A stretch of 64,000 nt of DNA from an uncultured delta proteobacterium (GCA_963822965.1 CAWGJT010000013.1:221531-285530), one strand, 5' to 3'. Positions 1-10,078 are shown, numbered from the stretch's first letter. The notes: generated from the sequence alone by a model not told the origin. Program-made: numbers and translations.

Positions 1-102
1 ATCCCCCTGGGCGACCTGTCGGTGACCCGACGCGTCATCGGCGGCGCGGTGGCGGGCCTGTACTTCGGGATCTTCCCGCTGGGCTTCCGGCTCTTCCGGT
101 AG
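1..102 (+). CDS. 3' end of a hypothetical membrane protein (partial at window edge)
   Basis: Frame 1 reads IPLGDLSVTRRVIGGAVAGLYFGIFPLGFRLFR* with TAG at 100-102; hydrophobic, GC3-rich codons. Confidence 0.55.
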   Translation: MPLGDLSVTRRVIGGAVAGLYFGIFPLGFRLFR

Positions 103-136
103 CTCCCGGAGGCTCGTCCCGGGCGGCCGCCGCGGG

Positions 137-2515
137 TCACAAGCCCCGGGGACGGGTTCCGATGACGCCCGCTTCCTCGAGGGCGTCGATGTCGTTCTCG
201 CCGAGGTCGCAGAGCTCCCGCAGGATCTCGCGGTTGTGCTGGCCCAGGGTGGGCGCCGGCCGTCGCAGCCAGGCGTCGACGCTCGCGTAGCGGAAGGGCA
301 CGACCGGTGTCTGGTGGCGCCCCACCACCGCATGATCGAAGGGCTCGAAGAAGCGCCGGTGCGCGAGCTGCGGGTCCTCGCGCACCCTTCGCGGATCGAC
401 CACGGAGGCCGCCGGCACGCCCCGGTCCAGCAGCTCCCCGACGAGTGCTTCGCGGTCCCGTGCCGCGATCCACGGTCGGAGCCTCTCGTCGATCGCGTCG
501 TGGGCCGCGCGCCGGCCGGCGTGACTCGCGAGCGCCGGATCGAGGGCCCAGGCGGGACGTCCCAGCAGCTCCGTGAGCGCGCGCCACTGCTCGTCGCTGG
601 CGACCGACAGCGCCAGCCACCGCTCGCGGCCGGGCTCGCTGCCGCGGCACGGATACAAGCCCTGGGGCGCCGCCGCGGGAGAGCGATTGCCCTCGCGCCG
701 CATGAGATTTCCATGGGCGGTGAGCTCGATCAGCTGCTCGGCCGCGGCGTTGAGCGCGCCCTCCACCATGGTGCACTCCACGTGAACGCCCTCCCCGCGC
801 ACCTCCCGCTCTTCCAGGGCGACCAGCAGGGCGAACGCCGCGTGCATGCCCGCCAGGGGATCACACGGCCCGCGCTGGATGCGCGGCTGGTCATCGGCAT
901 GCCCCGTCAGCCAGGCCAGGCCGGTCATCTGCTCCATCGTCTGGGCGAAGCCCGTGTGCTCGCGCCAGGGTCCCGTGAGCCCGAAGGCGGGCATGCGCAC
1001 CAGCAGGGTGCGAGGGCTTCGCGCGTGGATCGTCTCCCAGCCGAGCCCGAAGTTGTCGAGTACCCGGGGCGTGAAGTTCTCGACGACTGCGTCGCAGCGC
1101 TCGAGGAGGCGCAGCATGACGTCGCGACCGCGCTCGTGGGAGAGGTCGAGCGCCAGCCCGCGCTTGTTGCTGTTCGCCGCCAGGAAGAACGAGCTGCACT
1201 CCCACCAGTCCGCGAAGCGTCCCTGCAGCATGCCGCCCACCATGCGCATGCCGTCCGGCCGACCGGTGGACTCCACGTGGATCACGTCGGCGCCGAGGGT
1301 GGCCAGCATGTGGGTCGCCGAAGGTCCCGCCCACCACGCGGTCATGTCCACGATCCGCAGGCCCGCGAGCGGCAGCCGCGCAGGTCCCTCGGCGCGGGGG
1401 ACCCTCCGCTCTCGCGCCTCGATGCGGCCCGTGTGCTCGCCCAGCGCGGGCGCCTTGCGGGGCGGCGCCGGCTCCTCCCCGGCGATGCGATAGGGCGGCC
1501 GCGGATACTCGAAGCCAGGTCCGTCCCCCGGTGCCTTCCGGAACACGTCCCGGGCCACGAGCTGCTCGTGACGCCGCACGCTGTCGCCGTCGTTCACGGG
1601 CGCCACCGGAATGCGGAGCAGGCTGGCCGCCTCGATCACCTCCGCGGTGGTGTGACGCTTCGTCCATGCGTGCACGATCTCGTTCCATTCCGCGAGTCGC
1701 GCGACGCGACCCCCCACCTGGGCGAGCCCCGCATCCTCTCGCAGGTCCGGTCGCTCGATCATGAGCAGGAAGTCGGAGAACTGCTGGCGGGTGTTCGTGC
1801 AGAAGCCCACGTAGCCGTCGGCGGTGGGCTCGATCGACGGCGTCTCCACCGACTGCGGCAGGGGCCCGCTCGGGAGCACGCCGAGCAGGCTGCACATCAG
1901 GTCGGAGTAGTTCGTGCCGGCGATGTTCATGACCTCGAGGATCGAGAAGTCCACGTACTCGCCGTGGCCCGTCCGTCGTGCCCGGTAGAGCGCCGCCAGT
2001 GCGGCGACGGCCGCGAAGGTCCCCGCCAGCCACTCGGTGGTGCGCCCACCCGCCTGGAAGGGCTCCCGCCCCGGAAGCCCCCGGGTGCCGATCGAGCCAC
2101 ACCCCGCCTGGACGGTGAACTCCGTCGCGGGACGCGCCGCCTGGGGGCCCGTGCGGCCGAAGGGCGAGATGGAGACGACCACGAGCCCCGGCTCTTCGCG
2201 CGTCAGCGCCGCCGCGTCCAGCGCGCCGGGCGCGAGGCTCTCCACCACCAGATCCGCTCCCGCGATGAGCGCGCGAACCTCCGGCGCGTCGGGGGTACCC
2301 ACGCACGAGCGCTTGGAGAAGTTCAGGAACCGGAACAGGGCGCCGTCCCGGCCGTCCAGGGGCGCGCCGGTCGCCGACCAGCCTCGCAGGGGATCGCCGC
2401 CGGGCGGCTCCACCTTCACGACGTCGGCGCCGGCGTCGGCCAGCAGCTTGGTCGCGTACGGACCCGCGATGTCGTGGGTGAGATCGACCACCCGGGCGTC
2501 CCGCAAGCCGAACAT
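137..2515 (-). CDS. Tandem two-domain CaiB/BaiF (family III) CoA-transferase
   Basis: Two repeats of the family signature (VVDLTHDIAGPYATKLLADAGADVVKVEPPGGD and IVDMTAWWAGPSATHMLATLGADVIHVES) plus C-terminal PAPTLGQHN; start placed at ATG 2515 (MFGLRD). Confidence 0.9.
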   Translation of the reverse strand: MFGLRDARVVDLTHDIAGPYATKLLADAGADVVKVEPPGGDPLRGWSATGAPLDGRDGALFRFLNFSKRSCVGTPDAPEVRALIAGADLVVESLAPGALDAAALTREEPGLVVVSISPFGRTGPQAARPATEFTVQAGCGSIGTRGLPGREPFQAGGRTTEWLAGTFAAVAALAALYRARRTGHGEYVDFSILEVMNIAGTNYSDLMCSLLGVLPSGPLPQSVETPSIEPTADGYVGFCTNTRQQFSDFLLMIERPDLREDAGLAQVGGRVARLAEWNEIVHAWTKRHTTAEVIEAASLLRIPVAPVNDGDSVRRHEQLVARDVFRKAPGDGPGFEYPRPPYRIAGEEPAPPRKAPALGEHTGRIEARERRVPRAEGPARLPLAGLRIVDMTAWWAGPSATHMLATLGADVIHVESTGRPDGMRMVGGMLQGRFADWWECSSFFLAANSNKRGLALDLSHERGRDVMLRLLERCDAVVENFTPRVLDNFGLGWETIHARSPRTLLVRMPAFGLTGPWREHTGFAQTMEQMTGLAWLTGHADDQPRIQRGPCDPLAGMHAAFALLVALEEREVRGEGVHVECTMVEGALNAAAEQLIELTAHGNLMRREGNRSPAAAPQGLYPCRGSEPGRERWLALSVASDEQWRALTELLGRPAWALDPALASHAGRRAAHDAIDERLRPWIAARDREALVGELLDRGVPAASVVDPRRVREDPQLAHRRFFEPFDHAVVGRHQTPVVPFRYASVDAWLRRPAPTLGQHNREILRELCDLGENDIDALEEAGVIGTRPRGL

Positions 2516-2622
2516 GTACTCGTGGTATCGAACCGGCGAAGGCCTTTCCAGTCGTCCTCCGCGCATCGAACCCGGCCCCGGAGACGGGTACCCTCCCGCC
2601 GCACCCTTCGAGGACCGGCCAC

Positions 2623-3741
2623 ATGCCCCATCGCAGAAGAGCCGGACGGCTCGCGCCTCTCGCGCTCGTCCTCGCATCCCTGGCGCTGACGGCGGAGCTG
2701 CTGGGGTGCGGTCCCCGGCCGGAGCCGGTCGTACCGCCCGGCGACGACCCGGTGGCCGTGCGACAGAACGACGGAAGCCTGTGGATCCGCTGGCAGCAGG
2801 CGCCGGTCGGACGGGTCCGGGTCTACGTGGGCGACGATCCGGACGCCATCGATCGCAGCAGACCCCTGGGTGAGCTGGTGGACGGCGAATTCGTCGCCAC
2901 CGGGCTACCCGCCGATCGCCGCCCTTACTTCGAGCTGGTTCCCGACACGGGTCGGTCGCTCGTCGTCGCCGAGCGCCTGCTTCCCCTGGAAGGCGCCCAC
3001 AACTTCCGCGACCTCGGCGGCTACCCCACCGAGGACGGCCGGCGCGTACGCTGGGGCCTCCTCTACCGCTCCGATCACCTCGGAAGCCTGACGGACGACG
3101 ACCTCGCCTATCTCGAGCAGCTGCACATCCGCACCGTGTGCGACTTCCGGGGCGCGAGCGAGCGCGAGAGCGAGCCCGACCGACTCGGGGCTTCCGGGGT
3201 GCCCCGCCACGTGAATCCCGCCATCGCCGACGAGCGCTTCGCCATGGAGGAGCTGCGCGACCGACTCGTCACCGGCGACCTCGGCTCCATCGACTTCGCG
3301 AACCTGCTGGTCGAGGGCAATCGCGCCTTCGCGCGGGACTACGGCGAGCAGTACGCCCGCTTCCTCGACCTGGTGCAGGAGCCCTCGAACCTGCCGCTCG
3401 TCTTCCACTGCACCGCCGGCAAGGACCGGGCCGGCTTCGCGGCGGCGGTGCTGCTGACGGCGCTCGGCGTCTCCGAGAAGGACGTCGTTCGGGACTATCT
3501 CCTCACCCAGCCCTACACCCAGGCGCACATCGAGAAGACCCTGCGAACGATCCGCCTGGTGTCCTTCTTCCGGACGGACGTGGAGCGCGTCCGCCCCCTG
3601 CTGGGCGTCCAGGAGTCGTACATCCGTGCGGGGCTCGACACCGCGAAGCAGGAGCACGGCAGCCTCGAGTCCTACCTGGACGACGCCCTCGGGCTGGACC
3701 CGAAGCGCCGCGCCGCCCTGAGGGACCTGCTTCTGCGCTGA
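2623..3741 (+). CDS. Lipoprotein tyrosine/dual-specificity phosphatase (Y_phosphatase3, MptpB/LipA-like)
   Basis: GAHNFRDLGGY, LYRSD, P-loop HCTAGKDRAG, DYLLT; N-terminal signal with lipobox LLGC. Confidence 0.88.
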   Translation: MPHRRRAGRLAPLALVLASLALTAELLGCGPRPEPVVPPGDDPVAVRQNDGSLWIRWQQAPVGRVRVYVGDDPDAIDRSRPLGELVDGEFVATGLPADRRPYFELVPDTGRSLVVAERLLPLEGAHNFRDLGGYPTEDGRRVRWGLLYRSDHLGSLTDDDLAYLEQLHIRTVCDFRGASERESEPDRLGASGVPRHVNPAIADERFAMEELRDRLVTGDLGSIDFANLLVEGNRAFARDYGEQYARFLDLVQEPSNLPLVFHCTAGKDRAGFAAAVLLTALGVSEKDVVRDYLLTQPYTQAHIEKTLRTIRLVSFFRTDVERVRPLLGVQESYIRAGLDTAKQEHGSLESYLDDALGLDPKRRAALRDLLLR

Positions 3742-3775
3742 CGCGCCCTGCCATGCGCCGCCGCCGCGGAGCCGC

Positions 3776-4960
3776 TCAGCTCCGGAGCTTCGCGATCTGC
3801 GCCTCGTCGAGGCCGGCCTCGCGCAGCACCTCGTCGGTATCCGCGCCGAGTCGAGGCGGCGCTCGTCGCACGTTCGACGGCGTGGCATCGAAGCGGGGGG
3901 CGCTCCCGAAGAGCCGCATCGTTCCCGCCTCCGCGTCCTGCAGCTCGAACACCGTCCGGTTGTGCTCGGTCTGCGGGTCGCCCAGGAAGCCCTTCACGTC
4001 GTAGATCGGACCGAGCGGCGTCCCGTGACGGTGGGCGCGCGCGACGATCTCCGCCGTGGGCCACTTCGCGATCTCCTGCTCGAAGACCGCGAACAGCTCG
4101 CCGGCGTGCACGATGCGCGAGACGATGCTCGCGTAGCGCTCGTCCTCGAGCAGGTCCTCCCGCTCGATCGCTCGGCACAGCCCCTCGAAGTGGTGATCCT
4201 CGACCACGAGCATGGTGATGTGTCCGTCCGCGGTCTTCCAGGCGCGGTACACGTCCGCCAGCGCGGGCTCCACCTCGCGATCGCCGTAGGTATGGGGCGC
4301 AAAGGCGTCGCAGTGGACGAAGGAGGAGAAGGCGTCGATCATCGGTACCTCGATCTTCTGACCGCGGCCTCCGTTCCGTTCGCGTGCGAACAGCGCGGCC
4401 ATCACCGAGTAGCAGGCGGTCATGCCGCTCGTCTTGTCGGCCACGAGGTTGTTGATGAGCCGCGGCGCCCCCGGCTCGCCCAGCATCGCCGCGAAGCCCG
4501 ACATGCCCTGGATGATCATGTCGTATGCGGGCTGCTCCGCGTACGGGCCGTCGGGGCCGAAGCCGCTGATCGCCACCCAGACGAGCCCGGGATTGCGGGC
4601 GCTCGAAGCCGCGTAGCCCACGCCGAGCCGGTCCGCGGTGCCCGCACGGAAGTTCTCGACCACCACGTCGGCGCGCGCGACGAGCTCGAAGAAGGCCCCG
4701 CGGCCCGACTCCTGCTTGAGGTCGAGGACCACGCTGCGCTTGTTGCGGTTGCACTGGGCGAAGATGCCCGACAGCCCCGGCGGTCCCTCGCTGCCGAGAT
4801 GGCGCGCCGTGTCGCCCGACGGCGGCTCGACCTTCACCACGTCGGCACCGAGGTCACCCAGGATCTGCGCGCACAGCGGACCCGAAACGATGGTCGAGAG
4901 GTCCAGCACGCGAACTCCCGCGAGCGGCCCCGTGGCCTCCCCTCCCAGCTCCACACGCAT
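3776..4960 (-). CDS. CaiB/BaiF family III CoA-transferase (single domain)
   Basis: GPLAGVRVLDLSTIVSGP, NRNKRSVVLDLK, DVVVENFRAG, PPRLGADTDEVL; GGAG SD before ATG 4960. Confidence 0.9.
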   Translation of the reverse strand: MRVELGGEATGPLAGVRVLDLSTIVSGPLCAQILGDLGADVVKVEPPSGDTARHLGSEGPPGLSGIFAQCNRNKRSVVLDLKQESGRGAFFELVARADVVVENFRAGTADRLGVGYAASSARNPGLVWVAISGFGPDGPYAEQPAYDMIIQGMSGFAAMLGEPGAPRLINNLVADKTSGMTACYSVMAALFARERNGGRGQKIEVPMIDAFSSFVHCDAFAPHTYGDREVEPALADVYRAWKTADGHITMLVVEDHHFEGLCRAIEREDLLEDERYASIVSRIVHAGELFAVFEQEIAKWPTAEIVARAHRHGTPLGPIYDVKGFLGDPQTEHNRTVFELQDAEAGTMRLFGSAPRFDATPSNVRRAPPRLGADTDEVLREAGLDEAQIAKLRS

Positions 4961-5089
4961 GGCGACTCCTCCCGTCGGCACAGAAAGAGCGAAGATCGCA
5001 CTCCGTCTCCAGCGGGTCGACCGGTAGGGCCACGGGCCACGGGCCCCTCGCCGCGTCCGGGCTCCTCCGCCCCCTGTTACCCTTCCGCC

Positions 5090-6121
5090 ATGTCGAGCGA
5101 CACGCCGGTGCCGAGCCTCGGGTCCACCTGGACGCGGCGCTCGTTCGAGCGTTCTGGTCTGCCCCCGGCAGCCGTCGGCGGCCTGCTGCTCGGCGCCTTC
5201 GTCCTCGTGCTGCTCGCGCAGGAGGCGTGGCTCGGCCGCCTGGCCTCCCTGCAAGAGGATCCCTCCCTGCTGGAAGACGCCTGGATCGCGGTGGCCCACG
5301 CGGCCATCGCCGCGTACCTGCTCTCCGCCTCGGTCTACCTCGAGCAGCGTCGAGACGAAGGGATTGCCCAGCTGCTGCCTCGCCTCGATCCCACCCGGGC
5401 CGCTCCCTTCCTGGTCCGCCGGCTTCCCGAACGCATCGCGCTCGTCGCCTCCGGCCCCATCGGGGTCTTCATCGGCTACTTCGTGGCTCGCTATGCGACG
5501 CCTGGCTCGGCCGACTACGACCCGGCGACCTGGAGCCCCGAGGTCGCCTGGCACCGGGTGCTGGGGCTCGTCCTCGGATTCTGGACCGCGCGCCTGGCCA
5601 CCGGGATGGTGATCGAGTCCGGCCGCTTCTCGGATCTGGCCGCCAGCGTGCGCCAGATCGACCTGCTGGACCTCGGGGGCCTCGCTCCCTTCGCGCGCCA
5701 GGGGCTCACCTGCGCCCTGCTCGCGATCGGCACGGTCTCGGTCTACGCGCTCTTCCTGGTGGACTTCGGATACCTCCCCTTCGTGGCCGGCCTGCTGGCG
5801 GGAAGCGTGCTGGTGGGCGGCCTCACCCTGCTGCTGCCGCTCCGGGGCGCGCGTGAGCAGGTGAGGATCGCCAAGCAGGCCGAGCTTGCCTGGATCCACG
5901 AGCGCATGCGACGCGTCCGGGACCGGCTGCGAAGAGGCGAGGCGCGCGACGCGGACTCCCTCGACGAGCTCGTCGCCTGGGAGTCCCGGGTCGCGTCGGT
6001 GAACGAGTGGCCCGTCGACGCCTCGACGTTCGGCCGCTTTGGCCTGTATCTGATGATTCCACTCGGGTCCTGGGCGGGCGGTGCGCTGGTGGAACGGGCC
6101 GTGGACGCGCTGCTCGACTGA
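5090..6121 (+). CDS. Hypothetical multi-pass membrane protein
   Basis: About 6 hydrophobic segments and a C-terminal EWPVD motif; start inferred at ATG 5090. Confidence 0.75.
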   Translation: MSSDTPVPSLGSTWTRRSFERSGLPPAAVGGLLLGAFVLVLLAQEAWLGRLASLQEDPSLLEDAWIAVAHAAIAAYLLSASVYLEQRRDEGIAQLLPRLDPTRAAPFLVRRLPERIALVASGPIGVFIGYFVARYATPGSADYDPATWSPEVAWHRVLGLVLGFWTARLATGMVIESGRFSDLAASVRQIDLLDLGGLAPFARQGLTCALLAIGTVSVYALFLVDFGYLPFVAGLLAGSVLVGGLTLLLPLRGAREQVRIAKQAELAWIHERMRRVRDRLRRGEARDADSLDELVAWESRVASVNEWPVDASTFGRFGLYLMIPLGSWAGGALVERAVDALLD

Positions 6122-6170
6122 ACGTCGGACGATCGAAAGGGCGATCCGGGCGAAGGGGAGGAACGGATCC

Positions 6171-6902
6171 GTGTCGCATTCCGAACAGCGCGCCGTCCTC
6201 GTGGTGGGCGCGGGCGAGAGCACCGGTTCCGCCATCGCGAAGCGCTTCGCCCGGGAGGGCTACGTGGCCTGCGTGGCGCGCCGCAACGGTGACGCGCTCT
6301 CCCCGCTCGTCGAAGAGATCGAGCAGACCGGAGGCCGGGCGGTGCCCTACGGCTGCGACGCCCGGGACGAGGACGCGGTGGCCGAGCTCTTCGCCTCCAT
6401 CGAGAAGGACGTGGCCCCCCTCGAGGCAGTCGTGTTCAACCCGGGCGGCAACGTGAACTTCCCGATCCGCGAGACGACCAGTCGGGTCTACCGCAAGGTC
6501 TGGGAGATGGCCTGCTTCGGGGGCTTCCTCACCGGACGCGAGGCCGCCCGGGTGATGGTCCCTCGCGGACGGGGAACCATCCTCTTCACCGGCGCGACGG
6601 CCAGCGTTCGGGGTGGGGCGGGCTTCGCGGCCTTCGCCGGCGCCAAGCACGCGCTGCGGGCGCTGGCTCAGAGCATGGCGCGCGAGCTGGGACCGGAGGG
6701 CATCCACGTGTCCCACGTGGTGATCGACGGTGCCATCGACACCCCCTGGATCCGGGAGAACTTCCCGCAGCTCGTCGCCAGCCGGCCCCAGGGCCTGATC
6801 CAGCCGGACGACATCGCCGAGGTCTACTGGCAGCTCCACCGCCAGCCCCGCAGCGTGTGGACCTTCGAGCTGGACATCCGCCCCTTCGACGAGCGCTTCT
6901 GA
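6171..6902 (+). CDS. SDR family oxidoreductase
   Basis: VVGAGESTGSAIAKRFA, ILFTGATASVRG, FAGAKHALRALAQSMAREL; GTG start after GAGGA. Confidence 0.9.
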   Translation: MSHSEQRAVLVVGAGESTGSAIAKRFAREGYVACVARRNGDALSPLVEEIEQTGGRAVPYGCDARDEDAVAELFASIEKDVAPLEAVVFNPGGNVNFPIRETTSRVYRKVWEMACFGGFLTGREAARVMVPRGRGTILFTGATASVRGGAGFAAFAGAKHALRALAQSMARELGPEGIHVSHVVIDGAIDTPWIRENFPQLVASRPQGLIQPDDIAEVYWQLHRQPRSVWTFELDIRPFDERF

Positions 6903-6945
6903 TGGGCCCAGCCGGGACGTCGCGCCGAGCGGAATTTCATCAACT

Positions 6946-7030
6946 ACCTGTATATAATCAGGTTTATTTTCATATGGAATCCAGACGGTTCCGGTCCTCT
7001 ATTTACGGAACCGGATCGGTCCGATATGCT
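6946..7030 (+). promoter_or_regulatory. sigma70-type promoter of the suf operon with candidate Rrf2 operators
   Basis: TTTACG (7002-7007), 17-bp spacer, TATGCT (7025-7030); imperfect GGACC-N5-GGTCC palindromes at 6982-6998 and 7007-7023; palindrome ACCTG-TATATAAT-CAGGT at 6946-6963 in an AT-rich patch. Confidence 0.6.
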
Positions 7031-7063
7031 CGGGTGCTCTGACGCACGGCGGGAAACGACGGC

Positions 7064-7528
7064 TTGTTCCGACTCAGCAAAGGCACCGACTACGGCATCC
7101 GGATCCTGGCGCATCTCGCGGGGGACGAAGCTGGCACCACCCACAACGCCCGGGAGGTCGCCGCTCGGCTCCGCCTTCCGCTTCCGATGGTGAGCAAAGT
7201 GATGAAGTCCCTCGCCCGGGCCGGCGTGCTCGAGTCGCATCGCGGTGCCAAGGGCGGGTTCAGCCTCCGCCGCCGGCCCAGCGAAATCAGCGTGTCCGAC
7301 ATGATCACCGCCCTCGAAGGGCCCGTGGCGCTCACCGAGTGCATGATCGGACCCTCCCTGTGTCAGCACGAGGGAAGCTGCACCGTGCAGGAGCCCTGGA
7401 GCGTCATCAACCGCGCCGTCCAGGGCACTCTCTCGACCATCACCCTCTCCGATCTGATCCACCCCGGCTTCCCGGCGACGAGCCCGGTGCTGAGCCTCCA
7501 GATCGCCCCAGCGAGAGAATCCCAATGA
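7064..7528 (+). CDS. Rrf2-family SUF-system Fe-S assembly regulator
   Basis: RLSKGTDYG N-terminus, SHRGAKGGFSL, ITALEGP, three Cys (CMIGPSLCQHEGSC); TTG start; first gene of the suf operon. Confidence 0.9.
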   Translation: MFRLSKGTDYGIRILAHLAGDEAGTTHNAREVAARLRLPLPMVSKVMKSLARAGVLESHRGAKGGFSLRRRPSEISVSDMITALEGPVALTECMIGPSLCQHEGSCTVQEPWSVINRAVQGTLSTITLSDLIHPGFPATSPVLSLQIAPARESQ

Positions 7529-7820
7529 CCTTCGGCCGCGGGAGCCACCCCCAATGACCTTCAGCCGCGCGAGCCACCCCCAATGACCTTCAGCCGCGGG
7601 AGCCACCCCCAATGACCTTCAGCCGCGGGAGCCACCCCCAATGACCTTCAGCCGCGGGAGCCACCCCCAATGACCTTCAGCCGCGGGAGCCACCCCCAAT
7701 GACCTTCAGCCGCGGGAGCCACCCCCAATGACCTTCAGCCGCGGGAGCCACCCCCAATGACCTTCAGCCGCGGGAGCCACCCCCAATGACCTTCAGCCGC
7801 GGGAGCCACCCCCAATGACC
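7521..7820 (+). repeat. Tandem array of ten 29-bp units ATGACCTTCAGCCGCGGGAGCCACCCCCA plus partial flanks
   Basis: Units start at 7525, 7554, 7583, 7612, 7641, 7670, 7699, 7728, 7757 and 7786; the 11th ATG (7815) is the sufB start. Units 3-10 are identical; unit 1 has A>G at 7534 and unit 2 has G>C at 7570. No spacers. Confidence 0.98.
7525..7818 (+). other. Chain of ten ATGA-overlapping 10-codon mini-ORFs ([10 protein letters not shown]) linking the Rrf2 stop to the sufB start
   Basis: ATG ACC TTC AGC CGC GGG AGC CAC CCC CAA TGA, with each TGA overlapping the next ATG; GGGAG lies 9 nt before each downstream ATG (GCGAG in unit 2). Translation itself is not demonstrated. Confidence 0.6.
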
Positions 7821-9274
7821 CAGGCCAACGAAGAGCTGCAGCGGCTCGCACGAGCCGACTACAAGTACGGCTTCGTGACCGACATCGAAGCCGATCAGGC
7901 GCCCCCGGGTCTCAGCGAAGACGTGGTGCGGATGATCTCCCTCAAGAAGAACGAGCCGGAGTGGCTGCTGGAGTTCCGCCTCAAGGCGCTGCGCCGCTTC
8001 CTCGAGATGCTCGAGCACGAGAGCGAGCCCACCTGGGCCCAGGTCACGTACCCCAAGATCGACTACCAGAACATCATCTACTACTCGGCCCCGAAGCCCC
8101 CGAAGAAGCTCGACAACCTGGACCAGGTGGATCCCGAGCTTCGCCGCACCTACGACAAGCTCGGCATCTCCATCGAGGAGCAGAAGCGCATCAGCGGCGT
8201 GAACGTCGCCGTGGATGCGGTCTTCGACAGCGTCTCGGTGGCAACCACCTTCAAGGCCGAGCTGGAGAAGCACGGCATCTTCTTCGGCTCCTTCAGCGAC
8301 GCCGTGCAGAAGCACCCGGAGCTCGTGAAGAAGTACCTGGGCTCGGTGGTCCCCTACGCGGACAACTTCTTCGCCACGCTCAACTCGGCGGTCTTCACCG
8401 ACGGCTCGTTCGCCTACATCCCCAAGGGCGTCCGCTGCCCGATGGAGCTCTCCACGTACTTCCGCATCAACGCCGCGGGAACCGGACAGTTCGAGCGCAC
8501 CCTCATCGTCGCCGAAGAGGGCGCGTACGTGTCGTATCTGGAGGGCTGCACGGCGCCGCAGCGCGACGAGAACCAGCTGCACGCCGCCGTGGTCGAGCTC
8601 GTCGCCCTCGACGACGCCGAGATCAAGTACTCGACGGTGCAGAACTGGTACCCCGGCGACGAGAACGGCAAGGGCGGCATCTACAACTTCGTCACCAAGC
8701 GCGGCGCCTGCCGCGGGGCCCGCTCGAAGATCTCCTGGACGCAGGTGGAGACCGGCTCTGCGATCACCTGGAAGTATCCGAGCTGCATCCTGCAGGGCGA
8801 CGACTCGGTGGGCGAGTTCTACTCGGTGGCGATGACCAACCGTTGGCAGCAGGCCGACACCGGGACCAAGATGATCCACCTCGGACGCAACACGAAGTCG
8901 ACGATCATCTCGAAGGGGATCTCGGCCGGGCACGGCCAGCAGTCGTACCGGGGTCTCGTGTCCATCGGCCCGAAGGCCACGGGCGCGCGCAACTACTCGC
9001 AGTGCGACTCGCTGCTGCTGGGCGACGAGTGCGGCGCACACACCTTTCCCTATCTCGAAGTGAAAAACTCGACGGCCACCGTGGAGCACGAGGCCACCAC
9101 CTCGAAGATCGGCGAGGACCAGCTCTTCTACTGCCGCCAGCGCGGTCTCTCGGAAGAGGACGCCATCTCGATGATCGTGAACGGATTCTGCAAGGAGGTG
9201 CTCGCCGAGCTCCCGATGGAGTTCGCCGTCGAGGCCCAGGCGCTGCTGGGCGTGAGCCTGGAAGGGAGCGTCGG

Positions 9275-9278
<4 letters not shown>
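7815..9278 (+). CDS. sufB: Fe-S cluster assembly protein SufB
   Basis: [67 protein letters not shown]. Confidence 0.98.

Positions 9279-10074
<796 letters not shown>

Positions 10075-10078
<4 letters not shown>

Noticed and set aside
6948..6961. E. coli-type LexA box (CTGTATATAATCAG)
   Set aside because: It is 14 bp rather than the 16-bp CTGT-N8-ACAG, and the right half-site is imperfect; kept only as an unassigned palindrome.
7525..7818. SHPQ in the mini-peptide resembles Strep-tag (WSHPQFEK), suggesting synthetic DNA
   Set aside because: Only four residues match, there is no vector context, and the unit's CCCAATGACC is shared with the native rrf2 end and sufB start; treated as coincidence.
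7521..7820. CRISPR array (29-bp repeats)
   Set aside because: The units abut with no spacers, and there are no cas genes in the window.
7961..9274. Apparent 705-aa SufC with a long N-terminal extension (similar extensions on sufU, sufT, cusB, sfsA, LOG)
   Set aside because: The extensions are shadow frames over upstream genes; true starts sit at stop/start overlaps or after SD sequences.
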